64,000 bases of DNA from an uncultured Chloroflexia bacterium (GCA_963814115.1 CAWFBS010000006.1:267096-331095), one strand, 5' to 3'. Shown: positions 46,108-55,945, numbered from the stretch's first letter. The notes: generated from the letters alone by a model not told the origin. Numbers and translations: made by a program.

Positions 46108-47135
46108 GCTGCCTTCTCCTCTTCTTTGCGGCCGAAGCGCCGGCGCGAGCCCGCGGCCCGCGCGTCGGCAGTCTCGTCCGCCGGGGGCGTCTCCTCGGCT
46201 CGGCGGCCGGTCAGGGCAAGGAAGACGTCGTCGAGGCTCGGCCGGCGGAGCGCCAGCTCCGCGATCTCCAGCCCGGCTCCGTCGATCCGGCGGACGATCT
46301 CGGCCAGCATCCCGGCCCCGTTCTGGACCGGCACGTGGATGCGGCCCTCGCCGGCTTCGGCACGCGGCGCGGCGGCGGCCAGTGGGCGCAGGAGCTCGAG
46401 CGCCTCCGACGTCCGGCGGGGATCGACGACGCGGACGTCGACGACGTCCTCGCCGAGGCGGTCCTTCAGCTCGTTCGCGGTCCCCTCCGCGATCAGGAGG
46501 CCGTCATCGATGACCGCGATCCGGTTCGCCAGGCGGTCGGCCTCCTCCAGGTACTGGGTGGTCAGCAGGATCGTGGTCCCGTCGGCGACCAGCTTCTCGA
46601 TGACATCCCAGAGCCCGAGCCGGCTGGCCGGGTCGAGGCCAGTCGTCGGCTCGTCGAGGAACAGGACCTCGGGGCTGCCGACGAGGCTGGCGGCGAGGTC
46701 GAGGCGGCGGCGCATGCCCCCGGAGTACGTTCGGGCGGGGCGGCTGCCAGCAGCGACGAGGTCGAATGTCGCGAGCAGCTCGTCGGCGCGGGCGCGGGCG
46801 GCGGGCCGGCCGACGTGGAGCAGCCGGCCGACCAGCTCCAGGTTCTCGCGGCCGGTCAGGTTCTCGTCCACCGCCGCGAACTGGCCGCTGAGCCCGATCG
46901 CCGCGCGGACCGCATCCGGCTCGCGCAGGACGTCGTGGCCGGCCACCGTGGCGCGGCCGCCGTCCGGGTTGAGGAGCGTGGTGAGGATCCGCACTGCCGT
47001 CGTCTTCCCGGCGCCGTTGGGTCCCAAAAGGCCGAGGATCGTGCCGGCGGGGACGGCCAGGTCGATCCCCCGCAGCGCGTGGACGTCACCGTAGGACTTG
47101 CGCAGTCCCTCGGCTGAGATGGCGAACTCGAACAT
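46104..47135 (-). CDS. ABC ATP-binding protein (DrrA-like)
   Basis: GPNGAGKTT, YSGGMRRRLDLA, LDEPTTGLDP, TTQYLEEAD, PSLDDVFL. Confidence 0.93.
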   Translation of the reverse strand: MFEFAISAEGLRKSYGDVHALRGIDLAVPAGTILGLLGPNGAGKTTAVRILTTLLNPDGGRATVAGHDVLREPDAVRAAIGLSGQFAAVDENLTGRENLELVGRLLHVGRPAARARADELLATFDLVAAGSRPARTYSGGMRRRLDLAASLVGSPEVLFLDEPTTGLDPASRLGLWDVIEKLVADGTTILLTTQYLEEADRLANRIAVIDDGLLIAEGTANELKDRLGEDVVDVRVVDPRRTSEALELLRPLAAAAPRAEAGEGRIHVPVQNGAGMLAEIVRRIDGAGLEIAELALRRPSLDDVFLALTGRRAEETPPADETADARAAGSRRRFGRKEEEKAA

Positions 47136-47287
47136 GAAACCCTCGTGGTGTCGCGTGCCGCGCGAAGTGCCCGGCAGCCACTCCTCCATTCGGGTTGCGG
47201 CGCCGGGTGGATTGGTTGGCGGATCGGACGTTGCGTGTCGAGCCGAGCTCAATCCAGCCGCAGGGGTCGTCCCGGATCGGGCGGACA

Positions 47288-47452
47288 CTACCGACGCCCG
47301 AAGATCACCCCGAGAATGCCCTTCAGAAGCCCGGTGATCGCGGCGAGCACGAAGAGGACGACCAGGCCCACCACGAGCAGCGGCCACAGTGGGATCGGGA
47401 CGACGAAGAAGAGGAGGACGACGAGAAGCCCGACGACGAGGCAACCGCACAT
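47288..47452 (-). CDS. Small hydrophobic membrane protein (54 aa)
   Basis: MCGCLVVGLLVVLLFFVVPIPLWPLL..IFGRR. Confidence 0.6.
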   Translation of the reverse strand: MCGCLVVGLLVVLLFFVVPIPLWPLLVVGLVVLFVLAAITGLLKGILGVIFGRR

Positions 47453-47620
47453 GGCCAGCGGCTCCGGTACGAGGTCAGCCTCTGGATCATCCCACGAGCC
47501 GCAGGTCGACGGCCTGCCGCGGCGTGCCGGCCCCTCCACAGCGCGTCCGGGATCGGACGTTCCGCGCCTTCACGACCGGACAGGACGAACCAACCCAGTC
47601 GCGAAGGGTTCGACCGACCC

Positions 47621-47646
47621 GGAACCATCTTCGTGCGCCCCACGTC
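47621..47646 (+). promoter_or_regulatory. Putative ECF sigma promoter GGAACC-N16-CGTC
   Basis: Matches the common ECF -35/-10 consensus about 40 nt before the ATG at 47688. Confidence 0.4.
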
Positions 47647-47687
47647 CCCGGAGAGGGATGCACAATGCGTGCGCAACTGGGGGACGA

Positions 47688-48371
47688 ATGAACGGTACGC
47701 AACACACTCGATCGACACGTGCCCGCCGGACGTCGGGACGATTCTTCGCGGTCGGACTCGCGGCCACCATGACGCTCGTCCTCGGCGGGTGCGTGAGCGC
47801 CGGGTCTTCTGGCGGCGCACCCACGCCGGCCGGCACCCCGGCGCCACCAGCAGCGGTGACGCCGGCGCCGCCATCGGCAACCTCCGCGCCGACCCCGACG
47901 CCGAGCGCCTCGGCCGGCGCTCCGCTTGGATCTGCGCCGTGCGAGTCCCCGGGCAACTCGGTGCAGGCATGCCGTCGCGCATCCACCGCCCCCACGCCGC
48001 CTGCGACGGCGCCGGCCGCGACGCGCACAGCCGCCCCGACGCCGGCGCCGACTTCCACCGCGACGCCGGGGACTGCGAGTTCCTCGTCCGTCAGCGTGAC
48101 CCAGGCGGACAACGGCACGACGCTGCATCTCGTGGTCGGCCAGCAATTCCTCCTGGACCTCGGATCGAGCGAGGATTGGACCGTCAGCGTGGCCAACCAG
48201 GACGTCGTCTCGCGAGTTCCCGGCGTGCTTGTCGTGAAGGGAGCCCAGGGGATCTACGCGGCGCGGGCGACCGGCACCACCGTCCTGAGCGCGATCGGCA
48301 GCCCGCAGTGCGCCACCGGCATCTGCCCGCTGTTCCGCATCGCGTTCACGGTCACGATCACGGTCGACTGA
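47688..48371 (+). CDS. Lipoprotein with Pro/Thr linker and chagasin (I42)-like Ig domain
   Basis: LGGC lipobox; VTQADNGTTLHLVVGQQFLLDL..W..GTTVLSA..FTVTITV. Confidence 0.65.
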   Translation: MNGTQHTRSTRARRTSGRFFAVGLAATMTLVLGGCVSAGSSGGAPTPAGTPAPPAAVTPAPPSATSAPTPTPSASAGAPLGSAPCESPGNSVQACRRASTAPTPPATAPAATRTAAPTPAPTSTATPGTASSSSVSVTQADNGTTLHLVVGQQFLLDLGSSEDWTVSVANQDVVSRVPGVLVVKGAQGIYAARATGTTVLSAIGSPQCATGICPLFRIAFTVTITVD

Positions 48372-48498
48372 GCGGCGCTGCTCCTGCTGGGCGGAGACGT
48401 CGGGCTCGTCCTGGAGCGTGACCGGCAGCCGAGCGAGGGCCGGGCCGACATGGGAAACTCCACCCGATGTTCCAGTCGCAGGCGCCAGGTTCCCTTTC

Positions 48499-49236
48499 GT
48501 GATCGCCGCGTTGTCGCGCGTCCGGTCTAGCGTCCGTCCGCCGGTCAGCCCGCACGACACACGCGGCTCGGGCATCCTGCGACCGACCGTCTTCGGGGCA
48601 AGTGACGGCCTGGTGTCCAACGTCAGCCTGATCATGGGTATCGCCGGCGCATCCTCGGTTGACCCGCATGCCATCGTGCTGGCCGGGATCGCGGGGCTCC
48701 TGGCGGGTGGCTTCAGCATGGCCGCGGGCGAGTACATCTCCGTCCGGTCGCAGCGCGAGCTGCTCGACTACCAGGTCGAGCTCCAGCGCCAGCAGCTCCG
48801 CCACACGCCGGAGCAGGAGCGGGCGATCCTGGTGGAGATCTACGCCTCGAAGGGCCTGGCGCGCGCAGAGGCGGACCTCATCGTCGATCGGATCATGGCG
48901 AACCCCGAGCAGGCGATCGACACATTCGTTCGCGAAGAGATCGGCCTCTCTGCTGAGACGATGGGTTCGCCCGTCGGGGCTGCCGTCGGCTCGATGCTCG
49001 CCTTCGCGGTTGGTGCATTCGTGCCGCTGCTGCCGTACCTGCTGCTTTCCGGCGCGATGGCGTTCACGCTGAGCATCGTCGGCACCCTGGCCGCCCTGTT
49101 CCTGCTCGGGATCGGGGTGAGCCAGCTGACGCACCGCCACCCGCTGAAGGCCGGGCTGCGGCAGGCGGGCATGGGCTTCGTCGCCGCGGCCGTGACCTAC
49201 GGGGTGGGCACGCTGCTGGGGACCGCGGTCCACTGA
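48499..49236 (+). CDS. VIT1/CCC1 family Fe/Mn transporter
   Basis: VFGASDGLVSN, FSMAAGEYISVRSQ, REEIG, GAFVPLLPY; start uncertain. Confidence 0.9.
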   Translation: MIAALSRVRSSVRPPVSPHDTRGSGILRPTVFGASDGLVSNVSLIMGIAGASSVDPHAIVLAGIAGLLAGGFSMAAGEYISVRSQRELLDYQVELQRQQLRHTPEQERAILVEIYASKGLARAEADLIVDRIMANPEQAIDTFVREEIGLSAETMGSPVGAAVGSMLAFAVGAFVPLLPYLLLSGAMAFTLSIVGTLAALFLLGIGVSQLTHRHPLKAGLRQAGMGFVAAAVTYGVGTLLGTAVH

Positions 49237-49446
49237 AGGAAGGGCCCACCGGCCGCGGAGGGTGAGGCCGGTGGATCCACGGGACAGGTGGCCGCGGCTT
49301 CGTGAACCTGCCTGTGACTCGCCGTCCGAACTGCGGACTGCAAACCGGGGACGAGCCGGGACGCCTGCTTGAGGGACTTGGTAGGATTCGTGAGGCATTG
49401 ACTCGGCGCTCTGCCGCCACCAGCTGACCCCGAGAGGAGGGGACCC

Positions 49447-51405
49447 ATCCACTCCCGTCGAGCGTGGCTCGCGAGCAGCCTGGCCCTCGTCGTGGCGCTG
49501 GCGGTCGTGCCCCTCGCCCCGCGCGTGGCCGCGGCGGACTCCGGCGCGAACTACGCCGCCAACTGCACGGTCCGCCTGCGGGCTGCTCCCGCCACGACCG
49601 CGACATCGCTGGTGAGCATGCCGGCCGGCACGATCGTGACCACGGCGGGCAGCGTGGCGGGTGGGTCCTGGTCGGCCACCTGCGGGACGGACGTCTCGGG
49701 GAGCACCTGGTACGCGATCAGCGCGGTCGACGGCACGAGCGTCGCGACGCTCTACGGGGTGAGCGTGGCCTACGCCGCGGCAGGGCTGTTCACGCTGTCG
49801 AGCTCGCCACCCCCGCCGCCCGCCGTCACCCTCGAGGGGATCGACGTCAGCCACTACCAGGGCGTCATCGACTGGCCGAGCGTCGCCGCCGCCGGCAAGC
49901 GCTTCGCGATCGTGCAGGCGACCGACGGTGAGACGTGCCTCGACCCAACGTATGCGACGAACCACGCCAACGCCCGGGCGGCCGGCACGCGTGTCACCGC
50001 CTACCACTTCGCCGAGCCGTCCAACGTGCCCGGGGAGGCAATCATCCAGGCGGACTGGTTCGTCAACAACGCCGCGCTCCTGCCCGGGGACCTGGTCCCG
50101 GCCCTGGACCTCGAGCAGACCGGCGGGCTGTCGGTGAGCGACCTTCAGGCGTGGGTCGGCGCGTGGCTCGGGGAGGTCACCGCCAAGCTCGGCGTGCGGC
50201 CCATGATCTACGCGAGCCCGGCCTTCTGGACGACCTCCATGGGCAACACGACGCTGTTCGCCGACCAGGGCTACTCGGTGCTCTGGATCGCCCACTGGGG
50301 AACCTCCAGCCCGGCGCTCCCCGCCGCCAACTGGGGCGGGCACGGCTGGACCTTCTGGCAGTACTCGAGCACCGGCTCGGTGCCAGGGATCTCCGGGAAC
50401 GTGGACCTCGACCGGTACAACGGCAGCGACCTGTCCCCTGTCTCGTTCAACTACACGTACGTGCCGCCGCCGCCCGTCGTGCCGCCGAAGGCCCCACCCG
50501 TGCTCGCCGGCATGACGCCGAGCAGCGCTCCGGCCGGCGGCTCCGACCTGGACATCACGATCCAGGGGGCGAACTTCGCGTGCGCCGTCTTCACGGCCTA
50601 TTGGAATGGGACGCCGCTGCACACGGCGTACGTCTCCCCGACCCAGCTGGCGGCGGTCGTGCCGGCCGCCCTGCTCGCAGCGCCCGGCGTCGCCTCCGTC
50701 ACGGTCGTCAACCAGGCCACGGGCGGGGCGAGCGCGCCTGCGCCATTCAACGTCACGGGTACCGGCTCACCGGCTGGTACGCCCCCGCCCGTGATCACCG
50801 GCATGGTGCCGAACGCGGCTCCCGCGGGTGGCGGTGACCTGACGATCACCCTCCAGGGGACGAGCTTCGCGGCCGGCATCTCCACCGCCTCCTGGAACGG
50901 CACGCCGCTGTCCACGACCTTCGTCTCACCATCGCAGCTGTCCGCGGTGGTGCCGGCCGCCCTGACCGCGATACCCGGGCCGTTTGGGGTGACGGTCGTC
51001 AACCAGGTGGCGGGCGGCGGCGCAAGCGCGCCGGCCCCGTTCACCGTCACGGCGCCGCTCCCGGTTCTCAGCATCGGCGCCTCGAGTGCCCTTGGCCGCG
51101 CGCCAGCCACGGGCTACAGCGCCAAGACCCCGAAGGTCGCCCACGTCGGCGGTTCCGTGACCTGGAAGTTCAACCTCGGGGCCGCGCTCGCCGGACAGCG
51201 CGTGAACGTGCTGGTGGCAAGCCGGGTCGGCACGGCGTGGGGCGCGCCGAAGTATTACAAGTCGGCCTGGGCCGACCCGAAGGGTGTCGTGGCCATCACC
51301 TGGACTCGCGCGACGGCGGGGGCCATCAACGTCCGCGTCCAGCTGTACGGAAGTGCCACCTACGCCACGAGCACGTCCCCGCCATTGGGCGCCTACTGGC
51401 GGTAG
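49447..51405 (+). CDS. Secreted GH25 muramidase with SH3b-like N-terminal domain and two IPT/TIG-like repeats; probable ATC start
   Basis: GIDVSHYQG, AYHFA, ALDLE, FWQYSSTG, VDLD; duplicated segment ..TPL.T..VSP.QL.AVVPAAL..; SD GAGGAGG 6 nt before in-frame ATC. Confidence 0.85.
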   Translation: MHSRRAWLASSLALVVALAVVPLAPRVAAADSGANYAANCTVRLRAAPATTATSLVSMPAGTIVTTAGSVAGGSWSATCGTDVSGSTWYAISAVDGTSVATLYGVSVAYAAAGLFTLSSSPPPPPAVTLEGIDVSHYQGVIDWPSVAAAGKRFAIVQATDGETCLDPTYATNHANARAAGTRVTAYHFAEPSNVPGEAIIQADWFVNNAALLPGDLVPALDLEQTGGLSVSDLQAWVGAWLGEVTAKLGVRPMIYASPAFWTTSMGNTTLFADQGYSVLWIAHWGTSSPALPAANWGGHGWTFWQYSSTGSVPGISGNVDLDRYNGSDLSPVSFNYTYVPPPPVVPPKAPPVLAGMTPSSAPAGGSDLDITIQGANFACAVFTAYWNGTPLHTAYVSPTQLAAVVPAALLAAPGVASVTVVNQATGGASAPAPFNVTGTGSPAGTPPPVITGMVPNAAPAGGGDLTITLQGTSFAAGISTASWNGTPLSTTFVSPSQLSAVVPAALTAIPGPFGVTVVNQVAGGGASAPAPFTVTAPLPVLSIGASSALGRAPATGYSAKTPKVAHVGGSVTWKFNLGAALAGQRVNVLVASRVGTAWGAPKYYKSAWADPKGVVAITWTRATAGAINVRVQLYGSATYATSTSPPLGAYWR

Positions 51406-51444
51406 CCCTCGGCTCGGCGCCGGCCGATCCGTGGGCTGAGGTCG

Positions 51445-52371
51445 CTACACCTTGCAGGCGTAGTCCGCGTCGTACGGCTTCGCGAACCACTGGGTGATCG
51501 CGACGACACCGGTGAAGCCCTTCAGAGAGCAGTTCGACTGCGCCCCGGAAAGCGTCCGGGCGCCCGGGATCCAGTCGGGCAGGGTGGCGAGGTCCCCGAT
51601 GGCGGCGGCGGTCGGGTTGCCGGTGATCTGCTTCCACTGGAGTGCGGTCGAATAGATGCCCACCGTGGTTGCGCCACCGACGTGGATCCCCGTTGCGGTG
51701 GTCTCCGACGTGTTCGTGAAAGCGGCGACCATCCCCTGGAGGTCGGCGACGTTGTTCGCGAGCCCGCCCGTCCCCGTCTCCCAGCTGTTGGTCGTCTCGA
51801 CGTCCAGCCACCACGGGTAGGCCGAAGGCAGGTTCGAAGCGCCGACGGGCGCCGTCCCGATGAGCCAGAGCATGTCCTGCACGGCGCGGTTCCAGCCGTA
51901 CTGCCAGGCGCAGGCCTGGTCGTTCCCCCCGGTGCAGGACCCGTAGGGGTCGACGTTCAGCGAGCCGGAGCCCCCAGTTGCCACGTTCGGATCGACGTTC
52001 GAAGTCGGCCAGTCCGCGACGGCAGGGACCACCTGGCCGGGGTTGGCGGTGTTCACCGTCAGCGCAACCTTTGGGAAGACTCCCGGCGCCGACGTGCCCG
52101 TGGACGCCAACGCCCACGTCAGCTCGCTGGCGAAACACGGGTTCTGGTTGTTCGCCAGCCCGCCGTTCACGCCAACGATCCCGAACGCCTGCCCGGCGGG
52201 ATACGAGCGGCCACACTGTGGCCAGGAGATGTCGTTCCCGGTCCCGCTCCTGGTCGTGCCACCCCCGCCGCCGGGCGCGCCACCGCGTGCGAGCGCGGGC
52301 AGCGCGCCCATCGACAACGCCACGAGCGCAGCCAGCGTTGAGACGGTGGCCCTGCGAGCGAGTCCGGTCAT
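51445..52371 (-). CDS. Secreted GH25-like / DUF1906-like glycosidase
   Basis: Signal peptide; GNDISWPQCG, FGIVGVNGG, WWLDVET, VGIYST, DADYAC. Confidence 0.7.
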   Translation of the reverse strand: MTGLARRATVSTLAALVALSMGALPALARGGAPGGGGGTTRSGTGNDISWPQCGRSYPAGQAFGIVGVNGGLANNQNPCFASELTWALASTGTSAPGVFPKVALTVNTANPGQVVPAVADWPTSNVDPNVATGGSGSLNVDPYGSCTGGNDQACAWQYGWNRAVQDMLWLIGTAPVGASNLPSAYPWWLDVETTNSWETGTGGLANNVADLQGMVAAFTNTSETTATGIHVGGATTVGIYSTALQWKQITGNPTAAAIGDLATLPDWIPGARTLSGAQSNCSLKGFTGVVAITQWFAKPYDADYACKV

Positions 52372-52445
52372 GGCGGCTCCAGGCGACGCTCCCGGCAAAG
52401 AGCGGGACGGCTGGCTTCCGGGAGGACGGTTCGCGCGGTTTGTAC

Positions 52446-52482
52446 CACACGGCGGCCGCGGGTGGCACGCGGCCGCCGTGTG
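52446..52482. repeat. Perfect 15-bp inverted repeat in a divergent promoter region
   Basis: CACACGGCGGCCGCG-GGTGGCA-CGCGGCCGCCGTGTG. Confidence 0.8.
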
Positions 52483-52617
52483 CATCCCGCATCCGAGGCC
52501 ACGTTTGACAGGTTTCGGGCGCCCTCTGACACTGGAGACGCGGCCGAGGCCGCCGGTGCAGACCCCAGGTGCCACGTCCCCGGGCCACCGACCACGACAC
52601 GCGAAGCGAGGAGTCCC

Positions 52618-53037
52618 ATGTCTCGTCTGACCAGCTGGCTGCGCCCGACAACGATCGCCCACGCCCATTGCGACGTCCCCTGCGGGATCTACGACCCCGC
52701 CGAGGCGGTTCTCGCGGCCCGCACCGTGGCCCGAATGGTGGAGCTCATCGGCCAGATCCCCGAGGGCTCGACCGCCGTCGCCGACCGCAACAAGTTCGTC
52801 CGCTGCGTGGCCGTCAAAGAGCAGCACGCGGAGAAGGTGAAGCACGAGGTCCAGGTCATCTGGTCCGACTACTTCAAGCCGGAGCACCTCGCCGCGTTCC
52901 CGGATCTCCACACGAAGGTCTGGAACCTGCTCAAGTTGGCCGGCAAGAACAAGCAGACCGTCGACGCGCAGGCGGCGGCCGACCTCGAGGCGGCGGCCAA
53001 GGAGTTCGCCGACATGTTCTGGGCGACCAAGAAGTAG
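52618..53037 (+). CDS. sodN: Nickel superoxide dismutase precursor
   Basis: Propeptide ending AHA, nickel hook HCDVPCGIYDP, WSDYFKP, FWATK. Confidence 0.96.
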   Translation: MSRLTSWLRPTTIAHAHCDVPCGIYDPAEAVLAARTVARMVELIGQIPEGSTAVADRNKFVRCVAVKEQHAEKVKHEVQVIWSDYFKPEHLAAFPDLHTKVWNLLKLAGKNKQTVDAQAAADLEAAAKEFADMFWATKK

Positions 53038-53070
53038 CCGACGATCCTCGCCGGGCATGACCCGGCTTCC

Positions 53071-53568
53071 GTGATCGGCACCATGGCCCGCGTTCGGCGC
53101 TCGCGTATTTCTGGCGCCGGGCAGCCGTGGCGGCTGCGGTTGTTCGTGCTCGCCTCCGCGATGCTTGCCGTCACCTGGGATGCCGCGGTGCTCGTCCGCC
53201 GCGCGCGGCGGGGACCGTGGCGGGTGGAAGTGGCAGGCGAAAGCATGGCCCCGGCGCTGCTCCCGGGTGACTGGCTCCTGGTGGATCCGACGACGGCCCG
53301 CTGGCCGCGCCGTGGGACGCTCGTCGTGGTCCGCGAGCCGGACAGTGATCTCGTCGTCGTCAAGCGCGTGGCCGCGCGCCCAGGGGACCGGGTCACGCGC
53401 GACGGCGCCACGCCCACCTTCCTCGGCGCCGCGGAAGCGTGGCTCACCAGCGATTCACCGCGTGCCGGCATCGACTCGCGCCGATACGGGCCCGTCGAGG
53501 CGGGGCGGCTACTGGGCCGGGTCACCTGGCGCTATGGGCCGCCCGGAAGGTTCGGGCGGCTGCGCTGA
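53071..53568 (+). CDS. sodX: Ni-SOD maturation protease (S26)
   Basis: VAGESMAPAL.PGD, VVKRV, DSRRYGPV; directly after sodN. Confidence 0.85.
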   Translation: MIGTMARVRRSRISGAGQPWRLRLFVLASAMLAVTWDAAVLVRRARRGPWRVEVAGESMAPALLPGDWLLVDPTTARWPRRGTLVVVREPDSDLVVVKRVAARPGDRVTRDGATPTFLGAAEAWLTSDSPRAGIDSRRYGPVEAGRLLGRVTWRYGPPGRFGRLR

Positions 53569-53634
53569 GGTCAACGTCGCGCGGTGGCTGAGCCCCGGGG
53601 TTCCCGAGCGAGCCGGGACGTGCGCGGCCGGCGG

Positions 53635-54543
53635 CTACCCCAGGGCAGCCTCGAGCGCGCCCCTCGCGAGTGCGATCCCGGCCGTCTCGCAGTCTGCGGC
53701 GAACGACGCGAGACCATCCTCGCTGGTATCCCAGCGCGACGGGAAGGCCACCAGCCGGTCGAGGCCCAGCTCCGTGTAGGCACCCAGGCGATCGACACGC
53801 GCCTGGCCGTCGGCCCGCGTGTCGGCGTCGCGGCAATACAGCGACATCCGCAGGGTCGCGGGATCGCGACCCTCCTCCTCACAGCGTTGCCGTGCCACCG
53901 GGAGGGCCCGGCGCACCTCGTCCGGCTCGAGGAAGACCAGGTTGAGCTCGTCCGCATAGCGCGCCGCGTGGCGGAAGGTGACCTGCTGGCCGTTGCCGCC
54001 CACGATGACGGGAATGTGGGCCTGGATCCCCTTCGGCACGTTGATGGCGCCCTCGACCCGCGCGTACGGACCCACGTAGGTGGCGTTCCCCGGGCCCAGC
54101 ATGCGGCGGATCACCTCCAGGTGGTCACCCAGGGCGCCGAGCCGATCGTGAAGCGTGGGGAAACCGTAGCCATAAGTGAGCCACTCGTCTTCCTTCCAGC
54201 CGGCCCCGATCCCCAGCTCGAAGCGGCCGCCGGAGATGACGTCGATCGTCGAGGCCATCTTGGCGGTGAGAGCGGGGTTGCGGAAGCCGGTGCAGATGAC
54301 CATGTGGCCGATCCGGGCCCGCGATGTCGCCTGCGCCAGCGCCGCGAGCATCGTGAACGACTCGAAGGTGATCTCCTGTGTCGGACGGGGCACGGTCGTG
54401 AAGTGGTCGAACACCCAGATCGACTCGAAGCCCAGCGCCTCGGCCTGCCGGGCCCGGGTCACCGCGGTCGCCCAGGCGTCCGCCGCCGGCCAGCCGTCGA
54501 ACTCGCCCTTCCAACCCTGGGGAACCATCACCCCGACGTCCAT
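53635..54543 (-). CDS. LLM-class, probably F420-dependent oxidoreductase
   Basis: VPQGW, WVFDHF, RNPALTAKMA, LGIGAGW, IVGGNG. Confidence 0.88.
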   Translation of the reverse strand: MDVGVMVPQGWKGEFDGWPAADAWATAVTRARQAEALGFESIWVFDHFTTVPRPTQEITFESFTMLAALAQATSRARIGHMVICTGFRNPALTAKMASTIDVISGGRFELGIGAGWKEDEWLTYGYGFPTLHDRLGALGDHLEVIRRMLGPGNATYVGPYARVEGAINVPKGIQAHIPVIVGGNGQQVTFRHAARYADELNLVFLEPDEVRRALPVARQRCEEEGRDPATLRMSLYCRDADTRADGQARVDRLGAYTELGLDRLVAFPSRWDTSEDGLASFAADCETAGIALARGALEAALG

Positions 54544-54649
54544 GCCTGCCCTCATCTTCCGAACGTGACCGCGGGGAACGCGCTTCCGCGCGCGGCGCGA
54601 CGTGAGCGCCAGGTCTGCCCTCCCCGCCGTCGAGCCTATCATCGGCGGC

Positions 54650-55939
54650 ATGGAGTTGCCGCCGCCGTTCGACCCAGCCGTCCTTGCCCATTCCGACCCT
54701 GAGGAAATGCTCTCCGGCCCACCCGCACCGTGGGCCGCGCTACCCGCTCCTGCGCATCGGGACGGCCCACCGTGGTGGATGACGGAGATGATCGCCGCGG
54801 AGCCGGCCCTGTCCGGCCGCGTGCTCCGCCGCCTCGGCGTCGTGCGGCGCAGCTCGGGCGTGCCGGGCGTCCCTCCGAAGCTGGAAGCGCCCGGGCGCGA
54901 CACGTCCGCGGGCCGGCTTGCGGTGGCCATCCGCGCCGCTCTGCAGGAGGGCGAGCCGGTCGTGGTCACGGGGTGCGGCACCAGCGAGCACGCCGCGATG
55001 GCGTTCGCCTCCATCGTCGGCGACGCCGCGGATCGTGCCGGCATCCCGGGTGCCGGCCAGCCGGGGGCCGTCCTGGCTCGCCAGGCATTCGAGGCGTCGC
55101 TGGCCCCCCAGCGCCGGGGGCTGATCATCGGGATCAGCCACGAGGGCGCCACCGGCGCGACGTTGGCGGCGCTGCGAGCCGCCGCGGCACGCGGCACCAG
55201 GGTCGCGGCGGTCACGGTGAGCCGCGCGGCACCGATCGGGGCGCTTGGCCCGCTGGTTCTCGAGACCGCGGAGATCGACCGGAGCTGGTGCCACACGATC
55301 GGCTACCTGTCCCCGATCCTGGCCAGTGTGGCGGTCGGAGCCGCGCTCACCGGTGAGAGCCGCGAGGCCGACCCTGCCGCGATTCGCGCGCTCCTCGCCG
55401 CTGGCATCGAGCAGGCCGGACAGGCGGAATCGATCGCCACCGCCCTGGCCGGCTGCCGCGAGCTGATCGTCGTCGCGTCGGGCGCCGACCTGCCCGCCGG
55501 CCGCGAGCTGGCGCTCAAGGTGGAGGAGGCAACCTGGCTGCCGACGGCGCTTCGCGAAACGGAGACCTTCCTCCATGGACACCTGCCGGCGATGGACGCC
55601 GCGACCGGGCTGGTGCTGGTCCTGGCGGACCGCGCCGGGCGTGAGTCGCGCTCTGCGCGCGCCCAGCAGGCGCTGGCGGCCGCGGCGCGCGTCGGAATGC
55701 GTCCCGCGGCGATCCTCGCCGCGAACCTCGACGCCGAATGGCCCGCCTTCCTGGCCCCGGCCGGTCGCATCCTCGTCGCGGAGTCGCTCGTCCTCCCCAG
55801 CCCCGTTGCCGCGCTCGTCGGGACGGTGACGCCCCTCCAGCTGCTGGCCGAGCGCCTGGCCATGGTGCGCGGGACGAACCCGGACTCCATCCGGCGCGAC
55901 GAGCTGCCCTATCGCGAGGCAGCCGCGCTCGGGGACTAG
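54650..55939 (+). CDS. Tandem SIS-domain protein (GlmS isomerase / sugar-phosphate deaminase-like)
   Basis: MTEMIAAEP, GCGTSEHA, ISHEGAT, ELALKVEE, FLHGH, NPD; no glutaminase domain. Confidence 0.8.
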   Translation: MELPPPFDPAVLAHSDPEEMLSGPPAPWAALPAPAHRDGPPWWMTEMIAAEPALSGRVLRRLGVVRRSSGVPGVPPKLEAPGRDTSAGRLAVAIRAALQEGEPVVVTGCGTSEHAAMAFASIVGDAADRAGIPGAGQPGAVLARQAFEASLAPQRRGLIIGISHEGATGATLAALRAAAARGTRVAAVTVSRAAPIGALGPLVLETAEIDRSWCHTIGYLSPILASVAVGAALTGESREADPAAIRALLAAGIEQAGQAESIATALAGCRELIVVASGADLPAGRELALKVEEATWLPTALRETETFLHGHLPAMDAATGLVLVLADRAGRESRSARAQQALAAAARVGMRPAAILAANLDAEWPAFLAPAGRILVAESLVLPSPVAALVGTVTPLQLLAERLAMVRGTNPDSIRRDELPYREAAALGD

Positions 55940-55945
55940 CCGGCG

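Noticed and set aside
43834-47094. 1086-aa plus-strand ORF and other long antisense or alternate-frame ORFs
   Set aside because: Arg/Pro/Gly-rich shadow ORFs overlapping well-supported genes, expected at this GC content
49320-49440. Possible c-di-GMP-I (GCAAACCGG..CCGGGACGC) or c-di-AMP (CAGCTGACCCCG) riboswitch before GH25
   Set aside because: Lacks the GNRA loop, AAAG and P3 of class I and the GGGGUGAA/CCCGAACCCG elements of c-di-AMP; a -10-like TGGTAGGAT splits the region
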